Origin: Candidatus Marinacidobacterales bacterium
Lineage (GTDB): Bacteria > Acidobacteriota > Vicinamibacteria > Marinacidobacterales > SMYC01
Reading direction: 5' to 3'
DNA: 64,000 nt
NCBI GenBank assembly: GCA_965224085.1
Contig: CBDCYI010000004.1
Location: forward strand, 1,696,001 to 1,760,000
The translations under genes were made by a program, and so were the position numbers. The notes below the pieces were generated by a model, which saw only the letters and a list, made by a program, of their open reading frames with translations, was not told the DNA's origin and ran no database searches. Below are positions 21,265 to 29,748 of this stretch, in pieces; positions within the stretch are counted from its first letter, which is position 1, and every line of letters begins with the position of its first letter.

Positions 21265-21456
21265 ACAAAAATCAGTATGAACGAAATGAGAACCATGGCG
21301 GATATCGTGCCGCCCAGCATGCTGTCGATGTTGCGCTGCGAAATGTGAGCGAAGATGACGCTGACGCACGATGCTTCGTTCGCAAAAGCAGGCGCATTCG
21401 CCCGGAGCCAGACCTGTGCGCGCTCGCCAAGCTCGCGTAGCTCTTGAGACCATGAA

Positions 21457-21645
21457 CCCTAATCGCAAATAAACGTCACCGTGTCTGAGGTCTTTGGCCC
21501 CGTGAATAGCACCTTTTCCAGGTTCTGCATACACCGTGCAGAATCACCTATAGTGGCGGCGAGCGGGTGCCCCAGCACGAGCTTCTCGCCTGCGCCCAGT
21601 GCGGCTGTTTCGCGTTTTCGTGCTTCGAAGATTTTGCGATTAGGG
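21457..21645. mobile_element. 189-bp MITE-like element with 13-bp IRs and a 4-bp target duplication
   Basis: TGAA|CCCTAATCGCAAA...TTTGCGATTAGGG|TGAA; removing it restores ATDNSWSQELRE (intact MMPL has STSSSWSRELRE). Confidence 0.85.
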
Positions 21646-22101
21646 TGAATTATCGGTCGCGACGACCATGCGCTTGACGGACTTGCCGATGTCGATGCGG
21701 TCGTTGATGTCGCTGCCGAATGGAAGCGAGAGCTCGCAGAGCAACAGATACTGCGCCGCGAGGTCCGCATCCTCGGGCAGGCGATCGAAGACCGGATCGT
21801 CGCCGTTCATGTTTTTGTTCAGGCGTTTCATTAGGCAATCGCGCTTCTCAGTGTGGACGAAGCGGACCTCCACTATGAGATGCGAAGCAACAGTTTCGTC
21901 GATCTGGGCCTGACCTACAACTTCTAGCAGCCGGGTTTTCCCCGCAGGCCACGGCTTGACATCGGTCCGCGCTGCTGGTATCATTCACCTGTGGTTTTTT
22001 TTTTGTAGGAAGGTGAGACCAGAGAGATCAGCTCTCGAAAAAGAGGGCCTTCCATAAATCCCGTTGTTCCTTCGCCAACTGCCGAAAACTTCACTGGGAC
22101 A

Positions 22102-23250
22102 ATGTCTCACGCATACCTCGAAGGGTACGAGAAAGCCCGTCTCTACGATCAGGCCGCGGCCGACAACTATCTCAAGCACACCACCATCGGTGATCCCGAG
22201 CTCGACCCGATCATGGAGGAGCTCTCAGCGGAGTTGTCTCCAAGCGACCTGCACCGGTTCATCGGGGCCGGCATAGAGCAGAACGAGGAGGTTCTGCGCC
22301 TCGCGCCGCGTTCTCTGCGCGATTTCTTCAGGGATCTCAAGGAGCCTCCCTGGCTCTACTACGAAGGTTTTCGTCCCGGGATCCGCGCCTTTCATGAAAA
22401 AGTAGACCTGATGCTCACCGCCTTCGTCACGGGAGTGCTGGTAGAAGGCTTTTCGACGCTCATCGCCAAGTCTTTCAATATTACCGGGCGAGTGGCGTCC
22501 ACCAGAAGACGCCTCCAGCAGAACAACCGCCACATGCTGGAGATCTTCTTTCCCGGCAACTTGCAGAGAAACGGCGAGGGATGGAAGCTGTCCACGCGCA
22601 TTCGGTTCGTTCATACTCGGATACGGGGCCTGCTGGCGAAGTCGGATGACTGGAATCACGAAGCCTGGGGCACGCCGGTAAGCGCGGCGCACCTGGGTTT
22701 CGCCATCTCCGTCTTTTCCAAGCGCCTGCTGGAGTACTCGACGATGCTGGGCGCGAAGTTCAGCCAGGAAGAACAGGAGAGCATTCTCGCCGTCTGGCGC
22801 TACGCCGGCTACCTCATGGGGATACCGGAAACCATCCTCTATACGAACGGCGAGGAGGCAGGAAAAATATACAAGATCGGCTACCTATGCGAGCCGAAGC
22901 CGGACGCCGATTCGGTAGCCGTGGCCAATTTGTTGATCCAGGCCATTCCAAGGGTTGCGGACGTCGAGGACCCGGCTGAGCAAAAGCAACTGGTGAAACT
23001 GGCCTACCGCCTGTCACGCGCCCTCATTGGAAAGGAGCTCGCCGACAGTTTCGAGTTTCCACCGGATCCCAAGTGGGCGACCCTGTTCAAGTACCGGATG
23101 AAGCAGCGCGTTCTGCGATTGTTGCGAACCAACAAGATGATCAGATCGGACAATTTCACCCAGCTTCTCCAGATATCGGTGTACGACAGCGAGGGGCTGA
23201 GCTACAAGATGCCGGACCACGTCTACACGTCGAAATCGAGCCCGTGGTAA
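22102..23250 (+). CDS. MpaB'/Lcp (rubber oxygenase, DUF2236)-family heme oxygenase, no signal peptide
   Basis: GD near the N-terminus, RIRFVHTRIR heme-ligand motif, WGTP, WRYAGYLMGI. Confidence 0.85.
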   Translation: MSHAYLEGYEKARLYDQAAADNYLKHTTIGDPELDPIMEELSAELSPSDLHRFIGAGIEQNEEVLRLAPRSLRDFFRDLKEPPWLYYEGFRPGIRAFHEKVDLMLTAFVTGVLVEGFSTLIAKSFNITGRVASTRRRLQQNNRHMLEIFFPGNLQRNGEGWKLSTRIRFVHTRIRGLLAKSDDWNHEAWGTPVSAAHLGFAISVFSKRLLEYSTMLGAKFSQEEQESILAVWRYAGYLMGIPETILYTNGEEAGKIYKIGYLCEPKPDADSVAVANLLIQAIPRVADVEDPAEQKQLVKLAYRLSRALIGKELADSFEFPPDPKWATLFKYRMKQRVLRLLRTNKMIRSDNFTQLLQISVYDSEGLSYKMPDHVYTSKSSPW

Positions 23251-23281
23251 CAATCGAGTAGCTCGTCGCTCCCAGTCCGAG

Positions 23282-25585
23282 ATGGTCGAGGCGCTGACTC
23301 CTTCGCTGCTGGACCGCTACGTCGCCGCCACTGTGCGCTACCGGTGGCTGGTCGTTGCGCTCGCTGCCTTGTTCATGCTGGTCGTGACGGCCGGCGCCCG
23401 CTTCATCGTCGTTACGAGCGACTACCTCGTCCTGTTCAGGGACGACAATCCGCAACTCCTCGCGTTCAAGGCCCTGGAGAATACGTACTCCGCCACCGAC
23501 CGCGCGTTGATTGCCGTTGCGCCTCGAGAGGGATCGGTGTTCACCCGCGAGGCGCTCGGCGCCGTTGTGGAATTGACCGACGCCGCGTGGGAGACGCCCT
23601 ATTCCAGTCGGGTCGACTCCCTCACCAACTATTCCCACAGCGAGGCGCTCGGCGAGGACGATCTGGTCGTCGCCCCACTCGTCGAGGACGCGAGTTCGCT
23701 GAGCGACGCCGATCTGACCCGCGTTGAAACGATCGCTCTGGACGCAATCGAGATCGTCGGGCGTCTGGTCTCCCGTGACGGGCGTGCGGCCGGGGTGGTG
23801 ATCAATTTCGTTCTCCCCGAAAACCACGACCAGGCGGTGATCGAGATCACCGAGTATCTCGACCTGCTCCTCGACCAGGCCCGCTGGCGCCATCCCGGCA
23901 TCGACTATTACATGACCGGTGACATCGCCCTGAACCACGCGTTCGCCGAAGCCACCGCGGATGATCTCCAGACGCTGACGCCAATCGTATTCTTCATCAT
24001 CGTGGCCGTCACAGCCCTGCTTCTGCGCTCGATTCTCGGCACAGCGGCCATCGTCGCCGTGCTCATGTTTGCCGTCAGCACTACCATGGGGTTCGCGGGC
24101 TGGATGGGCGTGGTGTTCAGCCCCACCAGTTCCGGCGTGCCGATCATCGTCACGGTGATAGCCGTCGCGGATTCGATCCACGTCGTCACCACCGTCCTGC
24201 TGGGCATGAGGCGCGGACTGGACAGGAATGCGGCGATCGTCGAGTCGTTTCACATCAATGCCTATCCGATATTTCTCACATCGGTGACAACCGCGATTGG
24301 CTTCCTCAGCCTGAACTCCGCCGAATCGCCGCCTTTCCACGACCTGGGAAATTATGTGGCGTTCGGTGTGCTGTGCGCCTTCGTATACACCATGACGCTC
24401 CTGCCGGCGTTGCTCGCGCTCCTGCCGCTGCGCGCACGCCGCTATCAGCCCGGCCAGGCCGCCTACTTCGACCGCTTTGCCGACTTCGTCGTCGCGCGGC
24501 GCACTGTCCTGCTCTGGTCCGTCGCGGCGGCGGTGGTTGTTCTGGCGACCGGAGTGCCGCGCATCGAGTTGAGCGACAACCTGACACAGTACTTCGATGA
24601 ACGTTACGAGTTCCGGCGTGATTCGGATTACGTCGCCGAGAACCTGACGAGCCTGGACAGGCTGGAATATTCGCTGGACGCCGGGCGCGAAGGCGGCATT
24701 ACCGATCCCGGGTATCTGCGCACGGTCGATGCGCTGGCCGAATGGTTCCGGGAGCAGCCCGAAGTAACCTACGTCCAGTCTTTTCCGGACATCATGAAGC
24801 GTCTCAACAAGAACATGCACGGCGACGATCCAGCCTTCCATCGCCTGCCTGAAGACGGGGACCTCGCGGCGCAGTATCTGTTGCTCTACGAGCTTTCGCT
24901 CCCGTTCGGCGCCGATCTCAACGACCGTATCGACATCGCCAAGTCCGCGACGCGCCTGGTCGTCTCGACCAGCAGCTCATGGTCCAGGGAGCTGCGTGAG
25001 CTCGATGAGCGCGCGCAGGTCTGGATCCGTGCCAATGCGCCCGGTTTTTCGGCCGGGGCATCGGGCCTCAGCATCATGTCCGCTCACGTCTCGCAGCGAA
25101 GCATCGACAGCATGCTGGGCGGCACGATCTCTGCCATGGTTCTTATTTCGTTCATCCTGATTTTCATTTTCCGGAGCATTCGGATCGGCCTGCTCAGTCT
25201 TGTGCCGAATTTCATCCCGGCCATCATGAGCTTTGGCCTGTGGGGCTATCTCGTGGGTCACGTGGGTATTGCCTCTTCGGTGGTCGTCGCCATCGTCTTC
25301 GGAATTATCGTGGACGACACGATTCATTTCTTGAGCGAGTATCTGAAGGCCAGGCGCGAGGGCCTCTCGGCGGCCGAGGCCGTGCGTTCCGCTTTTCACA
25401 CCGTCGGCCAGGCGTTGCTTACGACGACCGTGGTCCTGTCGGCAGGCTTCATGGCGTTTGCCACATCCGGATTCGAGGTCAGCTGGTCGCTCGGGCTCCT
25501 GGTGACGATGACGATCCTCCTTGCGCTTGCCACGGATTTCCTGCTCCTTCCGACGCTGCTGATTGCCGTCGACCGGAAAGAGTGA
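23282..25585 (+). CDS. MMPL/RND-family lipid transporter
   Basis: Two repeats with VADSIH / GIIVDDTIH, TSVTTAIGFL, about 12 TM segments. Confidence 0.92.
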   Translation: MVEALTPSLLDRYVAATVRYRWLVVALAALFMLVVTAGARFIVVTSDYLVLFRDDNPQLLAFKALENTYSATDRALIAVAPREGSVFTREALGAVVELTDAAWETPYSSRVDSLTNYSHSEALGEDDLVVAPLVEDASSLSDADLTRVETIALDAIEIVGRLVSRDGRAAGVVINFVLPENHDQAVIEITEYLDLLLDQARWRHPGIDYYMTGDIALNHAFAEATADDLQTLTPIVFFIIVAVTALLLRSILGTAAIVAVLMFAVSTTMGFAGWMGVVFSPTSSGVPIIVTVIAVADSIHVVTTVLLGMRRGLDRNAAIVESFHINAYPIFLTSVTTAIGFLSLNSAESPPFHDLGNYVAFGVLCAFVYTMTLLPALLALLPLRARRYQPGQAAYFDRFADFVVARRTVLLWSVAAAVVVLATGVPRIELSDNLTQYFDERYEFRRDSDYVAENLTSLDRLEYSLDAGREGGITDPGYLRTVDALAEWFREQPEVTYVQSFPDIMKRLNKNMHGDDPAFHRLPEDGDLAAQYLLLYELSLPFGADLNDRIDIAKSATRLVVSTSSSWSRELRELDERAQVWIRANAPGFSAGASGLSIMSAHVSQRSIDSMLGGTISAMVLISFILIFIFRSIRIGLLSLVPNFIPAIMSFGLWGYLVGHVGIASSVVVAIVFGIIVDDTIHFLSEYLKARREGLSAAEAVRSAFHTVGQALLTTTVVLSAGFMAFATSGFEVSWSLGLLVTMTILLALATDFLLLPTLLIAVDRKE

Positions 25586-25673
25586 GTGAATGCTCCCCTC
25601 TTGAGCGCCGTCGCTGACCATCGTAGCGGGCCTGACGGCCCGGCGGGCAGGTGAGAGTTGCGACTCCGTGCCG

Positions 25674-26612
25674 TTATTGGGGCGCGGCGGCGCGGTCCAG
25701 GGCAGACGGCAGGCTGAAGCGGACGTTCTCGACGATGCCGTCCATCGTGGAAATTTCCAGGTCGGTGTGCTCGCGCAGCTTCTCGATCAGGTCGTGCACC
25801 AGTTCCTCGGGGGTCGAGGCGCCGGCGGTAATGCCGATGCTCTTCTTCCCCCGCAACCATGCGGGATCGAGCTTCGACGGGTCCTCGACCAGGTAGCTCG
25901 GCACGCCGCTGTCGTTGCTGACTTCGCACAAGCGGTTGGAGTTGGAGCTGTTCTGGGCGCCGACCACCAGCACCAGGTCTACGATGGAGGCCAGCGTGCG
26001 CACGGCAGCCTGACGGTTCTGGGTCGCGTAGCAGATGTTCTTGACGTCCGGACCGACGATTTTCGGGAATCGCCGCCGCAGGGCCGAGATCACGTCCAGG
26101 GTATCGTCGACCGACAGGGTCGTCTGGGTGATGTAGGCGACCTTGTCGGGGTCGCGTACCTGTAGCGCTTCCACCCCGTCCACATCGCTCACCAGAAAAA
26201 CTGGCCCCGGAATCTGGCCGACGGTGCCTTCCACCTCGGGGTGGTTCTCGTGGCCGATCAGGATGATGTCGTAGCCGTTGGCCGCGTAGCGCCGGCCCTC
26301 TATGTGCACCTTGGAGACCAGCGGGCAGGTGGCATCCAGCGGACGCAGGCCGCGCACCGACGCGTCCTGCTCGACCTTCTCCGACACGCCGTGGGCGCTG
26401 AACACCGTGATGGCCCCATTGGGAATCTGATCGATTTGTTCGACGAAGCGTACGCCTTTCGCTTTCAGGTTTTCCACGACCCGAAGATTATGGACGATTT
26501 CGTGCCGCACATAGATTGGGGGCCCGTACTGTTGCAGCGCCGCTTCGACGATCTCGATGGCGCGCTCGACACCGGCACAAAACCCGCGCGGTTGCGCTAG
26601 AATGACTTGCAT
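25674..26612 (-). CDS. ispH: 4-hydroxy-3-methylbut-2-enyl diphosphate reductase (alternative GTG start at 26621)
   Basis: [50 protein letters not shown]; all three Fe-S Cys present. Confidence 0.97.
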   Translation of the reverse strand: MQVILAQPRGFCAGVERAIEIVEAALQQYGPPIYVRHEIVHNLRVVENLKAKGVRFVEQIDQIPNGAITVFSAHGVSEKVEQDASVRGLRPLDATCPLVSKVHIEGRRYAANGYDIILIGHENHPEVEGTVGQIPGPVFLVSDVDGVEALQVRDPDKVAYITQTTLSVDDTLDVISALRRRFPKIVGPDVKNICYATQNRQAAVRTLASIVDLVLVVGAQNSSNSNRLCEVSNDSGVPSYLVEDPSKLDPAWLRGKKSIGITAGASTPEELVHDLIEKLREHTDLEISTMDGIVENVRFSLPSALDRAAAPQ

Positions 26613-26772
26613 CGTTCTCACTTTGAACGACCGCTCCCTCTTTGGCTTCGTAGCTGTACAACACCGCGAGCCTCATCGCAGAGAATGCCTGCTTAGCGGA
26701 CCGATGTCAACCACCCAGGGCCCGGACGAAGGCCTTGCCGGAAGCGTCCGGCCCCGCTTGACAACCCCACGG
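26602..26772. repeat. Copy B of the ispH/promoter repeat; keeps -35 TTGACA but has lost the -10 box
   Basis: Aligned to 15061-15232; diverges right after ACAACCCCACGG. Confidence 0.9.
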
Positions 26773-26777
26773 GCTTA

Positions 26778-27090
26778 TCACCGTCTCCAGGCTAGCTTGT
26801 CCGCCAGCAAGGGGCTGTAGCCCATCACGTCTTGCTTTGAGACATTGTGCCATATCGGGAGCAGAACTTGCTCACCGGTGACGGTGCGCGTGACGAGACC
26901 GTCGAGTTCGTAGTTCGGCCATCCTTTGTCGAAGAACGCCCGCGACAAAACGACTATGCCGAAACGACTTCGCGCCAAGCCCTCGTCGATCTCTCTTCGC
27001 AGGCTGTCTCCAATCTTAAGTTCGAACTCGTCGAACCAGACTTCGAGCCCGAACTCGCGAAGAGCGTAGGCAATAGGCCTAACCACACTC
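26778..27090 (-). pseudogene. TIR-domain protein fragment lacking the N-terminal FISH strand
   Basis: LEVWFDEFELKIGDSLRREIDEGL..GIVVLSRAFF.KGWPNYEL..LLPIWH. Confidence 0.85.
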
Positions 27091-27230
27091 CCTTGGCCAG
27101 CTCCACTTTCGCCTCCCTCAGCTTGTGCACGATCTTGCTCGGCGCTGTGTCGCTTCTTCGCCATTCCTACCTCCCTTCCACGACCCAGAGCATGAGGTTA
27201 CATCTGGATCCGTTTCAAGGGGTCCGGTCA
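27091..27230 (-). mobile_element. IS3-family left end plus the start of OrfA, fused to the TIR fragment
   Basis: TGACCGGACCCC-type end at 27230, GGAGG RBS, MAKKRHSAEQ. Confidence 0.65.
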
Positions 27231-27309
27231 GGGTGTACGTGACCGCGGAAAGACGCGTCGGGGCTGCCAGCGAAGCGGGGAGGAAGGGCGCTGATGGAAG
27301 CAGTTGCGG

Positions 27310-28449
27310 CTATGCGAACCTGACCAGCCGCACGTTAAGCGCACGCGTGGTGCTGCGGGCACCTTTCCACTGGACCAGAATCGGGCTCTGGTAGGTGCCC
27401 CAGCCGATCTCCGGCACGCCGTCGCCTTGCCGGTCCAGGATGGGGAGACTGATGCTGCGCTTTATCCGCAGGAAATGAGATATAGGGAGGGCTAGCGCCC
27501 GGTTAACCACCTTTTCGACCAGGGAGCGGCGTGTGCCAATCTGGTCCATGAGCTTGTTAAACACCTGGACCGCGTCGTACTGCGCGTAGTTGAGCACCTT
27601 GGCCGGTATGGCGCGGGGTGCCTGAAGCGCCTCCCTGCCGAGCTGCGCCGCGAAGCGCAGCGGGTTCCGCAGCACCCCCTGCAGGTCATGCATCATGAGC
27701 AGGGTCTCGTACTCGTTGACGGTCAAGCCAGCGTTGCGCTCTTCCACAGACAGCGACACGTCGAACCGGCCGAACGACACGCGGTGCTCGCGCACCAGCT
27801 TCTCCAATTGGCCAATCAGGCCATGGTGCGGGTCTCGCAGGTTCTGGGCGTCTATGGAACGCGGCGACGCCGGAACCCGAACCTGGATCTGGGCAACCCC
27901 CTCCTCTCCGGTATAAGCGATGACGGTCGTACGTCGGCGGCGGGTGCCGCCGACGTGGACCCCATCCAACTCCACGAACCAGACCGGCTCGTCGCCGTGC
28001 AGCTCGTACGAGGTGGCGCTCCGTAGGCCGCTCCCCATGAACACTAGGTGGGAGTCGGCGTTGCGGGGCTCGACGACGCGTTGCTGCTCCGAAAGCTCGG
28101 TGCGCAGATGCAGCTTGTCGTGGCCGTAGTCGGCACCGGGCGGAAACAGCTTCAGGAATACCTGGAGGTAGTCCTGAATATTGGCGCTGTCGTGGTCCAA
28201 CACCTTCGCGAGGCGCTGGTCCAGATAGCCAGCCGTGGTGTGGCCCGAAATGTAGAACGCCTTCGGATACCGCGTGAAGTCGGATCCGAACTCCTCGCGC
28301 AGCTTGCCTCGCACATCGATCAGATCCACGCGGGCCGCAGGCTTGATCCGCAGCGTCGCATGGAACGGCCCCTCGCCAGCATGGGTGTACCTACGCACTA
28401 GTCCCCTGTAGCAGAAAAAACTAGACAAAGCAGAGCTTGCCGAAACCAT
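27310..28449 (-). CDS. Tandem YjbQ/UPF0047-like protein
   Basis: N-half has HTTA, YGHD, NADSHL, FVELDG; C-half has AGLTVNE, SISLPI, GTYQ. Confidence 0.7.
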   Translation of the reverse strand: MVSASSALSSFFCYRGLVRRYTHAGEGPFHATLRIKPAARVDLIDVRGKLREEFGSDFTRYPKAFYISGHTTAGYLDQRLAKVLDHDSANIQDYLQVFLKLFPPGADYGHDKLHLRTELSEQQRVVEPRNADSHLVFMGSGLRSATSYELHGDEPVWFVELDGVHVGGTRRRRTTVIAYTGEEGVAQIQVRVPASPRSIDAQNLRDPHHGLIGQLEKLVREHRVSFGRFDVSLSVEERNAGLTVNEYETLLMMHDLQGVLRNPLRFAAQLGREALQAPRAIPAKVLNYAQYDAVQVFNKLMDQIGTRRSLVEKVVNRALALPISHFLRIKRSISLPILDRQGDGVPEIGWGTYQSPILVQWKGARSTTRALNVRLVRFA

Positions 28450-28570
28450 TCTAAGTGCATGACTCTTATTAATCTTATGGGCTGGCTAAAAGTATAATTT
28501 TGTATAGTAATCAAAGACCCAGGGGACTAGGAGCATGGACGGCTCCTGCGTAGTTTACACGGTATTGTCA

Positions 28571-28730
28571 AGTTTTCCACGGCCTGACGGCCACCCCGAA
28601 TGAATGAAACGCGGTAGTCTCTGGAGGTGGCACCGGCTCAACACGACGCCTGAGGGAGCTCGGTTTTGACGTCACTGCCCCCAAACGCTACACCCTGAGT
28701 TTCTTATTAGTTTTCCACGGCCTGACGGCC
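28571..28730. repeat. 22-bp direct repeat AGTTTTCCACGGCCTGACGGCC (28571-28592 and 28709-28730) next to an orphan IS6 IR at 28561
   Basis: Seen directly. Confidence 0.8.
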
Positions 28731-28760
28731 TGTCCTTCATCACTATTGATCCAGCGGGAA

Positions 28761-29566
28761 GGTACTGTCAAATTGAGCTGGTGACTGACAGAATGGTCTA
28801 ATGAAGACCGATGCGCCAAGCTACCACGGCTATCGATTTCCACCGGAAATCATCAGCCACGCCGTCTGGCTCTACCACCGATTCTGCGTGAGCTTTCGAA
28901 ACGTCGAAGAGCTGCTTGCTCAGCGAGGCATCACGGTTTCCTACGAAGCGATCCGACTTTGGTGCATCAAGTTCGGGCCGGAATACGCTCGGCGACTGAA
29001 GCGTCGGCAGGGTCGCCTTGGTGACACGTGGCACCTGGACGAGGTCTTCATAAAGATACAAGGCGAACGCCAATACCTCTGGCGCGCGGTAGACCAAGAT
29101 GGTGATGTGATTGATATCCTCGTCCAGCCTCGCCGTGATCAGAAAGCCGCCAAACGATTCTTCCGCAAGCTGTTGAAAGGGCAAGGCCGTCCGCCCTGGC
29201 AGCTGGTCACCGACAAGCTGAGAAGCTACAGCGCCGCTCACCGCGAGGTCATGCCGTCCGTCGTCCACGACACTGACCAGTACAGAAACAACCTAGCCGA
29301 AGTCTCGCACGAACCGACGCGACAACGGGAACGACAGATGCGGAAGTTTAAAACTCCTGGGCAGGCGCAACGATTCTTGACCGTGCATGGACTCGTGCAA
29401 AACCTCTTTCGCGTCGGACGGCATTTGTTGCAAGCGCATCATCATCGGGAGCTACGAGACCGCGCTTTCATCGTCTGGCAGGAGGTAACCTGTGCCGTCC
29501 GATGAGAGCAAAGGAAATCAGCTCGACGCAATAGGTTCGCTCGCTCAACGTCAACTTGACAATACC
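28761..29566 (+). mobile_element. IS6-family element, intact transposase 28801-29505
   Basis: YRFPPEII, WHLDEVF, LWRAVD, VTDKLRSY, NNLAEVSH; IRs GGTACTGTCAAATTGA / TCAACTTGACAATACC. Confidence 0.95.
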
Positions 29567-29748
29567 GTATTGGATGGTAGCGGAGCGAACTCGCGACGGT
29601 ACTACCAAGTTGGCGAATCGGCCCAATCATGGGGCTCAAGGACGCGCCGTCAACCATATCTTGGGTTGAATCGGCCTTGAAGCCCTCAACTTGACAATCC
29701 CAATTTGATTTATCAAGTTGGGAAAGGTAGTCTCGTTGCCTTCGGCCT

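Larger units (their letters stand above)
19629..21833 (-). pseudogene. Decayed paralog of the MMPL/RND transporter (3' part), interrupted by ISL3 and a MITE
   Basis: Segments 21650-21833, 21273-21452 and 19629-20039 align with ~24790-25575 of the intact MMPL; multiple frameshifts. Confidence 0.88.

Noticed and set aside
12379-27164. LOG + HNH + TIR as an intact anti-phage system
   Set aside because: The genes are far apart, TIR and HNH are fragments, and the LOG is the canonical stand-alone type.
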